From Takakia lepidozioides (taxonomy: Eukaryota; Plantae; Bryophyta): a stretch of 64,000 bases of DNA. A program made the translations under genes and the position numbers. Of this stretch, positions 31,480 to 44,532 are shown piece by piece (the first letter of the stretch is position 1; each line of letters starts with the position of its first letter). The DNA is taken from positions 46,314,001 through 46,378,000 of the forward strand of contig CM060733.1 in assembly GCA_030704615.1 (NCBI GenBank), in the 5' to 3' direction. The notes under the pieces were generated by a model, which saw only the letters and a program-made list of their open reading frames with translations, made no database searches and was not told where the DNA came from.

Positions 31480-34400
31480 AGCTTTATAAAAAGACCCAAG
31501 TGGGGTGATTGTACAAATGGGTGTAACTGTCCCCAAGAGCAAACAACCAAAGCTCGTAGAGCTAGATATATTAACACAAAGAAAGAAATCAAACTATTCT
31601 AGTATAACCTACACTCTGAAGAAGGTCAGACAACAAGAAGAGGGTGGATCAGAGAGTGCGGGGAGGCAAGATGAAGCCGCCCCAGCAACCTCTGCCCGAC
31701 GTAAAATAGATTGAGCTTGAGCATTTTGCAAAGCAACAGAAACTCGTTGTCTAAAGAAAGCTACAAGAACAGAGGCGTATGGGCTTCTAAGGCTTTTGTT
31801 TTCTGTTGCACGATGGGCACAGGTGCGAAGGAACTCGTTGAACTGGTGATGCAAACAACCACAGATCTCGACTGCCAAAGGAAGGAATATGTCTGTGGAA
31901 TGACGTGCCCGATAGTCATGCTCCTTTCCCTCAGAAAACTAGACGGGCAAAAACCCAATTCAGCAGCCTCACCTTGCGTTGATACTTGGGAATTGATGCC
32001 CGCAGCTACTGAAGCGGCAACTCCCTGTGATGAGGTTGTGCGGGGCAGGAGATCCGACCTAGCAGGATCAGCGATACGTCCGCCAATGTACGCAGTCCGT
32101 CTTGTGAGATAGCAATGTCAACCCGTCGTCGAGTGGAATGGTGATTGTGGGTCGATGGGAGTATGTGCACCTGCTCTCGAATGACATGTATCTCAGCATC
32201 ACGAGCAACCGCAGCTACTGCATCCCGGACGACGTCATGGGTCGCAGTGCGTTCTCCACCGCAAGGGCAACGAAGAAGATGTACGCCGAGTGAATCGAGA
32301 GGATAGCGACAAACACACTTTGTAGTCCTAACACATATGGATGCGGAAGACCCAGTCGAACTCGTAGGGAGGTGGTAAATACAGCAGAAGACATACGGAA
32401 GGGTGCAATGGTTGGTCGTACCGTGAGCCACACGCCTGCTCCGGGCCCTGCGCACGAGAGAAGTCTGGCCCGATGTGCATCAGAAGGAGTGTCGGAAAGC
32501 ATGCTGGCAAATGAGTGTCGGTGCACGCGTTCCATGATGGTATCCCGTAAATGCTCCAGATCTTGAGTGACCAACTGTTCAAAGGGTGGCAGACAAGCCC
32601 ATGCTGGTGTTGGGATGAGATCCTGCGCTGAATGAAGATGTTGCTGGAAGGACAAAGAGCCATCGTCGATGTGGGCAACCACCTCCATGAGAAAAGGGCG
32701 TTGCTGACACAGAAACCGAGATGCCAAGGTTGGAGCGACTAAAGCCCAACTACCTAGGAAGACAACAGGGGCAGTGACGACTGTGGATAGTAAATCCACT
32801 CCTCCAGAAGAGATCGGGAGGGTAGCCTGACGACATACCAAGGGCCCCTGCTCACTATCAAATGCACCTGGGCCTAATAGGCGACCAAAAATCCCCCTAA
32901 CAGTCGTATCAAAAGAAGACAGAAGCTCTACAAACTGGGGAGTGGGGGGGAAACAACGCAAAAAATAAGAAGGACACTGTAAAAAGCATTTGGTGATAAT
33001 GCCATGGGCTACCTGCATATCGCCTAGTTTGGGAAGAAGCTCTATATGGCTTGTATCCTGTAGCAAAGTGTCTTGGAGGAAAGATGTTGTGTAAGGGGTA
33101 CTACCAAAGGGAACACCTAACACTCGAATACCCTCAGATGGTGCTAGAAAGTCGACAGGGGGCACGAAATTTGAAGGCAGACCAGCAGGTGACCAACCTG
33201 TGGATTTGCGAGGTTGAACAGTGAGCCCAAGAGAGTGAAGTTGGGTAGCAAAGTGATGGAAAGCCAAAAGGATATCAGTGGGAAGGCCAGTGGTGTCATC
33301 ATCAGCAATAGAAGGAAAAATACAAGATTGGAAGGCTTGCGCAGATGAGCGAAGGGCTCGGAAGTGGGCAAAAGCAAAAAGAGGTCCCCCTAATGGATCG
33401 CCCTGATGGGTTCCTACTTCGGACTGGATTATAGAAATATCTCCGGTACGGGTGTGATGACTGTAAAACAAAGGGGTGGAGGAAGCATAAAACAATCTCA
33501 CAAAGGGAATGAGTTGATGGCATGTGCCGTCGGCTGATCGCAATTCTTGAAATATTGCTGATCTGGACACCGTGTTGAAGGCGTTGGTCACATCCACCTG
33601 AAGGATGACCCAGTCTGGATGAAGGTCAAGGGAAGCCCGAATCCCATGCACCACCACTTCACAACCTCCCGGAGTAGCGACCCCAAACTGATGTGGAGAA
33701 AAGTGAGAAGAAAAGACCTCCCGAAACTGAATGCAGATAGAGCGGCTCACCAAGCAATACATAACCTCCCCCACTGCAATAGGACGAATCCCACCTGTGT
33801 TATTGGACATGGCCAAGAGTTGTGCTGCTCCAAGCAAACGTGCTACTGGGGTAGGTATGTGTCCCATCGCAATGAAAGAGCAAACTTGGAACAGCTGGGA
33901 AAAGCCACTAGCAGAGTCATGTGGATTGAGACAGTCACGGAGGTGTTCATACACCAAACCAGACAGACCGGCTGCTGCAAGATGAGGGGCTACGAGTGAA
34001 TGCTTGTATGAAAGTATCCCGATCCAATTGAAGGTCCTCATCAGGTTCAAAGTCCTCCACAAAGGAAAGAAGGATGTTGTCCGCACTAGGGTGGAGATTC
34101 TCCAAACCTGTGACAGTATCAGCCGTAGGCGGTGCTGGGGTAAGAGGAGCAAGAGCTCGAGTTGCATGGGAATACTCTCCTGCCCAGCCTAGCATAAGAC
34201 TCTGACGAAGACGCATGTGGATGGATGGAGTTGCCTGGTGTGGGCAATCATGAGCTATTTGCGCCACAAGTGCTTGTGCACGTAGATAATGTTCGTCTTG
34301 AAGGGTTTCCCAGTCCCCAGAGAGAAATCTACGAAGACGGGCACGCGTCTCTTGATGTCCGGATTCACCACCACGTGGAGGCAAAACTAGACACCATAGG

Positions 34401-35450
34401 GGAAAAACAGAAAAAGGTGCCAAGCAGCAATGTCGTAAGGGTCCCGAGCAAGGTGGTCCAAGGGTAAGCGAAAAGCATGTTGTACCTCTCTGCGAAGCGC
34501 CATTGGGATGCGTGTATAAAGCCGGGGACAGGGCAAACCCAAATGAAATGCTGCCAAAACATCAAGGGCCGCAATCCAAAGCCATGCATGTGTAGAAGGA
34601 GCTACTAACGGGGTAGGCAAATGACTGTCCGGAGAAGACTGATTGAGTGTAGAACACGTGTGCCGATGACGCGCAAGCCCCCTGATACGGGCAAACATCC
34701 GACCACAACCTGGACAAGGCACTCGGTTTGGTGGAGAAGATGGTGGTGCTGGTGGTGGGAGATAAGATGGAGCAAAAGAACGGGTGGTCTGATCAGGTGA
34801 ACCTGTCCGCTGTCTAGAAGGAGGTGGCGAGCCAGGTGGAGAGGTAAGCTCTGTGGGAGGCCACCGTGAACCTGAAAGGCGTATTGGGGAAGGGCCACTG
34901 GCCCCTTGATTTGGAGTTGTCGTGCCTCGCTTGGGGTTGTCGGGTACCATTCCTGTAGAGCTGTGACCTTGGGTAGAATGGGAGGGTTCACCATCAGCAA
35001 TGCTTCCTCTCCTCCGTGGATGAGGGCTGATGTGACTGGAGAGGGGGGGTGTAGCACTACTCCTGGCCCCATTTCTGCTGCTCCTAGGATTGTCTTGAAA
35101 GGAGGGACAGGGCCCACCACCCATATTTCCCCTGGCTGTACCATGGCTCTGGCGGATTTGCCTAGTGTAAGGGGGCTGACCACCCTGGCGACTAGGGTTA
35201 CCTTGTGTGGCAGAGAAGGGCCCACCATTATCACGCTGAAGGCTGGTGTGCGAGGAGTGGGCGGGCCCAGCACCAGCCTGCACAGCTGTTGTGTCCCGTT
35301 TAGACCCACGGTTGGGGCATCTACCGCCTCTAGCCGCCGCCATCGGCCTCTGCCCGCTGTCGACCATCGCTTTCCATGGAAGGCTTCTCGAAGACGCTGC
35401 TCCTTACTGCTCAATTCTCTGTTGAATCTCTGCTGCTCTTCTCTCGAGAT
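31480..35450 (-). mobile_element. CRE-clade non-LTR retrotransposon (C2H2 finger, RT, CCHC knuckle, restriction-like endonuclease), frameshifted
   Basis: CPGCGRMFARIRGLARHRHTC; RT motifs GIRPIAVGE, HQFGVA, VDVTNAFN, GTHQGDPLG, IADD; CVC...HLLRCPCGGERTATHD; RRVDIAI...TLADV; RQRVSVALQNAQA. The single ORF is broken into about 5 frames; ends are approximate. Confidence 0.88.
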
Positions 35451-35599
35451 CTATCTCTACATATATGATCAAAACAACTATCCCAGAAGCTCCTACAAAG
35501 ACTATCTCTCTCTCACTCAAGAAGACGATCAACTCTCTCTCTGTTGAAGACTTATTGGGAGGCATTCATAAAGCAGCTTCTCAGTCTGCAGACAGCAAG

Positions 35600-36493
35600 T
35601 GTATGTATGAACAATGTTACAATTGGTGTTTGTTTGTGTGAGCTGTTGGAGTCACTACCAAGATGGGGTTTCACAAGTTTGTGAACAAGTACCTCTTCGG
35701 GTTTCTTCTGTGTTAGAACCAAGGGCTTGTACAGTATGATCCGGAAGGGATGTGTGGCATACCATGGAGCTTCAATATCTAAAGGACCATTAGCATGATG
35801 CTGCCATAAGAGACCACATAATTGTTGCAGATGGAGGGGTCTTATGCATTCAGTTGAAAATCAAAGGGCTCGGTAAGGTTTATATTGTGTACGATCCTCT
35901 TTTGAAGAGTTGCAGATAAACTACCCTACCCTACCCGACAATTGATGGGCATTTTGTGAGGCTGGAAAGCTGGCGTTGGAGTAGGACAAATCTACCGAGG
36001 CCTATGAATCAATACCGTTGTGGCACTTTGGTGAGCACCCTATGCTCGGCTTTAATCTGTCACATTACACATATATAATGTGTGTAAGAGTGCCCAGGGT
36101 CTATCAACATATCTCCACTTGGGTACCAACTTTTGTAGGTTAATGTGAAGGTGAGAAGTGTGATTTGAGGCAACATTCTTTGTGCCTTTTGTTGTGGGAA
36201 GTACTGTAATGGCAAGAACATATCTTACAATTTGTCATGGTGATCGCATAATGGTGTGTTGTCCTTACATAGGCTAAGTATGAGCTGCTGCAGGTTTCAT
36301 GGAAATTGGTTCATTTCTGTATCCAAATTGCGCTGTAAGAGAAAGAGCTCAGTTGGTGATATTTGTGGCAGAACAAAAGTATAATTTGCAATATAGAGAT
36401 GGGAACTTCAAAGTTATTGGATACTCGGCAGCTCGAAAACTCGTTAGGGCTAAACTTCGGATAAATGAGTGTAATGCCAATGATGCACACAAC
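35600..36493 (+). pseudogene. Degenerate F-box-associated gene (target of the MULE cluster)
   Basis: IVADGGVLCIQ...YIVYDPLLKSCR* at about 35820-35920 resembles the GGLLC..VCNPLT.SW motif. Multiple stops. Confidence 0.4.
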
Positions 36494-37014
36494 GCCTCTC
36501 ATTTTAAGATAATAGCGTCTTCAATGGGCACGTACGAGGTGGCCGATGGGCCCCGCGCATGGACGCCCGGCTCACCCCACCCCGCCCACCCCGCCCTACC
36601 CACAGCTGCGCGCGGTCGCCCAGCCGCGGGTGCGGTTGCAGCAACTGCGCCCGCCCTGCCCGCGCCCCTGTCTGCCGCACAGCCAGTCCCCCACTCATGA
36701 GTCCGCTGCCCTCCAGTCTGCAAGTCCACTGCCCAGCAGTCTGCCAGTCTGCCAGTCCGCTACCCAGCAGTCTGCGAGTCCGCCAATCTGTCCGCCAGTC
36801 CGTTGACGGCGCAGGATCTCCACTGTCCATTCCCATAATCCATCCGAGCCTCAATTTTTAGGGTTGCAATTCAAACCTTTATCCCTGCCACTTGCTACTT
36901 GCCAGCAGCCGCGAACGTGCGCACTGTGCTCCTGGCACGTTGTCGATCGTGTCCTGGGTACTACGGCGCATTTCTTGCAGGTTCAGAAGCGTGTCCTTTG
37001 TATTGTTTTAGGGC

Positions 37015-39235
37015 ATGGACGTGGAAGTAAAACCCGATGATATACTGATCACGGAAAGCCCGCTTATACGACCTCTTCGACAATGTTTGCAAACACCAAA
37101 ATCAGAACCCTTCAACAGGAAGGATCTCCATTGGAAGAGTGAGACGCAATATGGGTTTATGGGTGAGCGAGTGAGTGTTGAAAAGGCCTGCATACCTTGG
37201 GATAGAGTTGGCGACTTTGTCCTGGGAGAGGAGAGTTTGGAAGACTACCCCACTCAGTTTTGGGTGAATGTCCATTCTAAAGTGGAACCGGCACGTGAAA
37301 AGCGCCCAGAGCCAACACATTTTTGTCCAGTATTATGTATGCACCATCCTCAGTCCTTTTGATGTTTCATTGCATGTCTGTTGTCATTTTTTGTTTCACG
37401 AGTTCTCTGATTTTATGCTTCCACAAGTCGTTGGATATCGATTTTTGAATTTTATGTCCAAGTATCAATGCTGCTACGGTCCTTATGACAAACGCACCAA
37501 CAATGCAATAGTGGAGGATCCAAAACTGAAGCGTGGAGGACCTCTTGTGGGTAAGGCGCAAGGGCCCAAGGAGAAAGAAGTCGGAGTATGGAGAGTCTTA
37601 CAAGCGTGGTTGTCAATGCCGTTTCAAGGTCCAGCAATGCTATCTCGCCCCTGACATCTGTGTCATCACGTACTACAACAACATGGAGCATACAAATGCG
37701 CAAGGGAAACCCTCGCATGGGAAAGTCCGCTGAGTTCAGGAACACCCACGCCTATGCACCACACATTAGCGAGGAATTGAAAGCCTGGGTCGTCGAGTGT
37801 TTGTGCCGAGGCCTGTCGGTCGCCCAAATCATGATGGAGCATAAAGAGCACGTGATGAACGACACCGGCTTGGGCGATGCATGGACCCGTAATGATTTAT
37901 TGTTGGAGCAAGATGTTCGCAACCTTGCTGAGAAACGTGCGTGGCAAACCTTCAAAAAGCACGCCGATGATGCGGAGAGTGTGCGCATGTGGAGAGACTA
38001 GAATCCTGCGTCCGTTTTTTTCTATCAAGAGGAGAAATTAGAGCCAACATTCGAGCATTTTGATGGAGATTTGACATTCACTATTGGCATAGAGACTCCG
38101 TGGCAGAAACAACAAATGCTGGAACTAGGACATGCCCATATTGTTGCATGCGATGCAACCTTTGGGACAAATCATGACAAGGTACTATTCAAACAATTCC
38201 ATGGACTTGTGGGAGCATGATAGCATAGTACCATGCAGCATTTACATAAAATTTGGTGTGCTGACCCTTTCTGTATATTTTCATGTGTACGTTGCGGAAG
38301 ACCGAGGGGCAGACCCACAGTGAACCGCTACAAACCTCATCACTCTTATGAAGTCTTCTGGTATAGAACTAAGCGGAATTTGCATGCTCTGACCATCTGA
38401 CATTGTGCATTCCAACAGTTCCCATTGTACACGTTGATGGTCTTTGACAAATGGATTGAACGGTATACCAGTTGCCTATATCCTATCCGCGAAGAATCGG
38501 GCAACAAACCTGGTGCCGTATATACTTGCGGTACGAGACATCCCTGCTGAGAATGTTATTCTTCCCTTGAGTCCTGGTGAACCAGCTACATTCTCAGCAG
38601 CAACCACCCCGGCACAACATACATTGTTTACAATCCTGATTGCGATTGGGCTTGTTGCACGTGCCCATGGGCAATGAAGGGAAATTTATGCAATCATCAG
38701 GTCCGTGTCCTGAAGATGTTGCACCCTGACCTGCAGGATGGCCTCCTTGTGTGCGCTTGTGGCACGGTGCTGGGAACCATTCATGGAGGATTACCTAACT
38801 TGCTCTTGGGCAATGGTGCCGGTGTCAATGACGAATCCAATCAGTTCATTGAAAGACCTCCTCCGGACAACTTCCCATATGACGAGGCACCTCTGGAGGT
38901 CTCAGCCTCAAATGGAACAAGAATTCGCGGGCATACTTCGCATTGTAGGTGATGACAAATACCTGGAGGCACATGCCCGATCTGCTCTTCATATGTGCAA
39001 AGGGCAGCTCGTTGATATCATGGCGAAAAGTGCGGCTGGAATGTTGCACCCTGCGGCAACGAAGGCTTTCCGTCCTCTGAACGACAACAACAACATGTCT
39101 CTAAAAAGGAGACGAGATTTCGTGGAGGCCTGGAAAACCCGCCGTAGGGTTTGCGGAGAACCACCAAGAGGGTGTCTGCACCTGCACCTGCAGCACATAT
39201 ATACTCGAAAATTCGCAAGGTTTCAAGTCGTGTAG
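37015..39235 (+). pseudogene. Element A SWIM/MULE-type transposase
   Basis: IPWDRVGDFVLGE, KRGCQCRF, AYAPHISEEL, ACDATFGTN, PLYTLMVFD, GIPVAYIL, SWIM CTCPWAMKGNLCNH. Stops, frameshifts and an internal deletion at about 38538. Confidence 0.85.
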
Positions 39236-39399
39236 GTGTCACCAAAAAGACAATATAATTCTGCAATTCCTGTGGTAGCATTGTCCATTTCTGAAATACA
39301 AGTCCGTCCACTTTCATGTGCACATTAACAGTACTCATCTACAGTCTCCACAATCCCAGCAGACTCCGGCACAAACTCCCATCAGACGGCTACAGAGTC

Positions 39400-39490
39400 C
39401 CCCAACGGACTCTTGCACAGTCTCCCAACGGACTCCCACACAGTCTCCCAACGGACTCACACACAATCTCCCAACAGACTCACAGTCAGC
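39400..39490 (+). repeat. About 23-bp tandem repeat x4 (CAGTCTCCCAACGGACTCNCACA)
   Basis: Directly visible units carrying the GACT/AGTC motif. Confidence 0.8.
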
Positions 39491-39949
39491 AGACTGCGCA
39501 CGCCAGTAAGCCACTCCGAACGTTTGCTCACCACACTCCCACCTCATCCCTGCAAGTCTCCCAGTGGACTGCTGGACAGACTAAGTATCAAGCAGACTCA
39601 TCCACAACAACAGACTCAAAATGGACAGGCTCCCAATGGACTACCTCCCTAACGACTCATGCCAATCCAACGTCCCAGCGGACTCATGGACATGGTGCCT
39701 ACCAGACTAGGTACCAGACCCACCAGTCCCAGCCTCGGCAGCATACTGCTCGTACATTCAAGCTCAGCAGACTCAGATGCACAGTGCATGAAAAAATTGA
39801 GACCATTGTGTCCATTGAGTTTAGTGACAACAATACAAAACATGCCAGCACCCACAGTACACAAAAGTGTTCATCAATCACCATTGGAATAGTAAGCGAA
39901 AAGACTCGCATTTTTTATTTTGGTACACAGACTTCACAGGACAAGTACA

Positions 39950-42110
39950 TCATACTCATGAGAGCAGTTTATCTAGATTGTCCAACCCCCGCACGATATA
40001 CTAGGCACACTGCATTCGCTGCCCAAGTGCAAACTTGAAAGTAAACCAGTCCTTCGTGAAAGGTGTTCCTCTCTCTGGCTTTGCAGTCTTGGAGACATTT
40101 CCTCTGACTTTTGCCCACTCATAAAACACTTGAATGAATGACATTTCTCGTGCCACTCCGGTGAGTCCATCGAGTACCGTAAGCACTCAGCATGAAGCTT
40201 CCGAATCCACCCTAGAACAAAGGGACAACTATGCATGTCCCTGATAGAGTTCAGGTGAGTGTAACAGCCCTTGCGGAGGTCGATGATACAAACACTCCAG
40301 TGCCCCCTGCAATGGTATCAAACAACATGGCGTCATTGCACAGTCATGATGGGCAAACTCAGCAGACTGACACCCAGCAGACCGAGCACTCAGCAGACTC
40401 AGCACTCAGCTGACTCAGCAGACTCAATCTTCAAACCCAGTCCACTGGACAAATACAGAGGTCAACTTAATTGCTCAGAGTCAAGAGGACACTGCGAAAC
40501 CAGACTCTGACTCATGAGACTCAGTCTCAGCAGACTCGGAAGAGTTCTTACTCGTCCCCAATTGGCACCAAAATGAAATCGCACTCTTTCAAGTCCTTGC
40601 CCAGTCATTCAATGTTGAGGCAACATTTGAAGACCTCCAGAAGGCTTTCATGTTGCCCTGCCCCCAATGACTTCAACACCGTCCACGCCGACGTTGGAAG
40701 AATAGCAATAGTCTTGGTGAACGCATCCTCAACCGACTTATCATAGAATCGACAACTCAACCTTCCGGAGCGCCTTTATGTCATCCGGCGATAATCCGCA
40801 TTCAAACCGTGGGTCCCCTTCAAAAAAATCAGCACATTGGAATTACCCGCCTTTGACGTGCATAGCATGTGCTTTGCCAAACCGAGCACCCATCCTGCAC
40901 AGAGCAGACCATCCTTCGGGAAGCCTCATGTACTGAACAAACTGACGTCAACATGGTACCAAACACTCTACAGGCTTAATAGTTCATTAGTAGACTGAAC
41001 ACTCACTTCCGCATGAGAGGGGAAAACAAGAAAGTGGAAGAGACCCACTTCTAATAGACTTCCGGCACAACAGACAGAGAAAATGAGGAGTCCCACAGAC
41101 TGATTTCACAACAGACAAACTTCCAGCAGACTGTAAGTTCAACAGACTAACGCTGAAACTGATTGAGACGAAGCGGCTTCATATTGGAGGCACTTCTTTG
41201 CCAGCAGACACACTGCGAAGAGACTGGCGGCAGAACAGACTGACAAAGTACCAGGCGAACAGACTGATATCCATCGGGGAACGATTGTCGAGCACACCTC
41301 CGGTTCAGCAGACTGGTTTGCAAAGAAGCGGGCAGAATGAAGACAAAAGTGAGTAAGGGGAGAACAGGAAAGTCGAACACACCCATTGCAAACAGACTCT
41401 CGGCACAATAGACTGATGCATGCATAGTCCAACAGACTGATATCCATAGAGAAGAATTGTCCAGCAGACGGACGTTTCGCCAGACTGGCAGGAGAACAAG
41501 CCAAAAGACTGACCGGAGGGAAAACAAAAAGTCGAACAGACTTACTGCAACAGACTTCCGACACAGCAGACTAACAAATTTACAAGTGCGACAGACTGAT
41601 ATCCCAACAGACGGACTTCCAGCAGACCGCCTCCAAACTGACTGTTATGCACGCGATAAGGGGAATATCCGGAGCACTGACGCGCCAGCGGACCCACTGC
41701 GAACAGACTCGCGGCACAACGGACCTCAAACATCCACGCGCATATGCGGATGCAATTGTCTCAGCTTGGTCCGTCTCCTGGCAAATGCGACATTGTACCG
41801 ATTCTGCACCTACTTCCGTCGTGGGTCAGACATCTGCATTCAGCAGGTGCGTGTGGATGTTTGAGGACCTTAGGACTGGATGGTGTTCCGTGACGACTTG
41901 TATTGCTTTTTTGTGCTGCCATCCTTTATATAATACCATGTGGATCCATCACAAAGCTGGGTTTCTTCATATTCTCCACCATTTTCCACAACTTATGCAT
42001 GACGGATGGAAGCCGCTATACTTGGTCACATAAACAGTCCCATCGTCCGATACAAAATCTATAATACAAGCCCCCATGTGCATACGCTTCCGCCATTTTC
42101 GCGCCCATGT
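39950..42110 (-). pseudogene. Element A cargo gene: N-terminal Cys finger ... Ulp1-like protease
   Basis: MAEAYAHGG, VQCRICQ...RGC..VVP, IAILPTSAWTVLK...GKDLKECDFILVPI and FTKDWFTFKFA are all colinear with the element B cargo gene. Confidence 0.7.
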
Positions 42111-44532
42111 TACCCATGGGTTCCTTTAACGAACTAAACTTGTGAAGGCTCTCATGAGGGATGTAGTACGAAGGGGCTAAACGTATCATGACGAATCACA
42201 AGTAGAGGACGTTATCGAGGATAGATGTCCGCATTTTCTATATTTATGACATAGAACCACACCATAAAACGAAGGTTCCCGAAAGCACAACAAGAAGGCA
42301 AAAATAGTGGAAGCATATACACGATGGTGGCTGTAGTGCCGAGACAGTCCTCTCATGTTCAAGCACACGCTTCATCATCATCATGGACATCGCACGCAAA
42401 AGAGGAACAGTCGCGTGCATGGAAACGCCTACCGCAACATCGGACAACAAAGAGCCGTCAAAAGAGAGAGGCCGGGATTTGGTGGCAAGATCATTGCCAT
42501 TTTCGCAGCCCTAAAAATGGAGGGCTCGGATGGGTTATGGGAACGGACGGTGGAGATCCTATGCCGTTAGTGGACTCGATGGCAGCGGATTGGCCGGCAG
42601 CGGACTGGCGGACTGGCAGACTGGAGGGCAGCGGACTCATGGGCGGGGGACTGGCTGCGCGGTGGACGGGGCGTGGGCGCTGCTGGTGGGGCGCGGTTGC
42701 TGCAGCCGTGCCCGCGGCTGGGCGACCACGCGCAACGGTAGGCGAGGCGGGCGGGGCGGGCGGGTGGGGTGAGGCGGGCGTCCGTGCGCGGGGCCACCAG
42801 CCACCTCGCACGTGCCCATTGAAGACGATATTATCGTAAAATGAGAGGCACACACAACGCCTCTCATTTTTGAATAATTGGGAGTTTATGTCGTGCGTGT
42901 GGGACAGGGTGCGCACGCCCGCACGGACGCGGGGTCGCCCTCCTCCGCCCCGCCCACCCCCACCTGCCAGCTGCGTAGCGCGGTCGGCAGCCCCGCAGCC
43001 GCCCGCGGCCCTGCCCGCACGCCGCCCAGCCCGCCCCCAGACCACGGCCCCCGCCCGCCCGCCCTCGCTGCTGGGTCCGCCCGCCATCGGGTCCCCAGTG
43101 GGTCTGCCCTTGTTGGGGTCTGCCCAAGCTCGGTCTGCGCATGTCGTCCGGCAGACCACCCCAGACCGGCACAACAGACCCAGACCTACGTGGCGCGCAT
43201 CTGCCCGTCCAGATCTGGTTTATCCAGACCGTCCGGGTTTAGGGCATGGCACTCGCCGATCTCCTCAGACCCCCTTTGTTTTTTTTTTTTTTTTTTTTTT
43301 CTCGTGTTGTTTGCTGCTGTTTGTTGTTTGACTGTTTAGAACCAACAGACTTGGCGGTTGTGCGGAATCCCTTTGCATGACTCCATGGACTCTTTGGCAA
43401 CGTCGGAGTCCATCATTTCAAGCCACAGCCTTTTTTGTTTGTATGCTTCTACTATTTTTGCTTTGTTGTTCGCGTATTCGTGGGACTGTTTGAGCGCGGG
43501 GAAGTGAGTTACATTGAGTTTACAGTGTAGACTTGAATGGAAGTATTTAGGTCTTTGCTAACAAGTCAACTCATTTAGCGGACAGCAATTGAGAATCGGC
43601 CTTTCCCTTGTCACACTGTCTTGTTCGAGGCTTGTCCTCCATATAGCATGTGTGGAATGGCATTGCAAAAATAACGGAAGCATATGTGCATGGCTGGCTG
43701 TATAAAATTCTGATTTCCTCCCGAGTTCCGTCTCTTGGATGTTGTTTGTAGGTGGACCCATCGATGCAAGACGAAATGGGCATGTGTGGCAGAATTTTTT
43801 GTGCAACGAACCAGTGGACCTTCCAAGTGTTACCATGACAGTGCGGGGATGCAGAGACCCAGCCGGGGGACCATTGAAATGGTGAAATGGGTGGGGACAC
43901 ACTGCAGACAGAGGGCAGAGCGGGAGAAGAGAAGAGTGCACCATGCCAGTCCAGACGAGAAGACCGAACCAACAGACCAGCCTGGAGAACTCTGGTCAGA
44001 CCCTGACGGCAGACCGAGTGCAGACAATCTTTGCCTCACGAATGCGACAGACCAGTGGCACAGACCCTTTTGGCAGACCCTTTTGGCGGACCCTTTTGGT
44101 GGAGACTTAGGGCAGACCATGGAAGTCCTTGGTGGCGGCCATTATTGTGCCTCCGGGACGTTTGATGTTTCGACGGCAGTCCAATGGCCGACGTGCATGG
44201 CCTCGGCGGTCGCACGCGTGCTCATGTCACACTTAGCAATGAGCCGTTACGTTGGGGTCCTTGCCTCTTCCTCCTCTTGCGTCTTTCGCGTCTCTCCACT
44301 TTGCGACTGCACGGTGTGTTGCGCTTCATGGTTTTTGCCTCTTCGACTCGACGATTCGTTTGTAGCGCCCGCCCGCTCTTCAAAGGCCGCGTGCCCGTCG
44401 TTGCCGAAGTGCAAAGGTATCAACTTCACCAGACTTCTTCACCGCCAGACCTTCATTTCCTTTTTTTGCTTGCTCTTCTTCATTTGCATTTAGCAGACCG
44501 TCTCTGACACAATTCCTCCTTAGGTTCCAGCC

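Larger units (their letters stand above)
36494..42849 (+). mobile_element. Mutator-like element A (long TIRs, internally deleted)
   Basis: GC-rich TIRs of about 350-375 bp (36494-36867 and 42505-42849), termini GCCTCTCATTTT/AAAATGAGAGGC. 9-bp TSD GCACACAAC / ACACACAAC, the mismatch being consistent with CpG decay. Confidence 0.9.

Noticed and set aside
39316-40038. 240-aa Q/T/S/H-rich ORF
   Set aside because: Translation of CAGACT repeats; no recognisable domain.
42324-43339. Many overlapping Gly/Pro/Arg-rich ORFs (also 36499-36861 and 54955-55217)
   Set aside because: Artefacts of GC-rich TIR sequence.
43735-44493. 252-aa ORF inside element B
   Set aside because: No domain and rich in CAGACC motifs; likely the leader region of the cargo gene.
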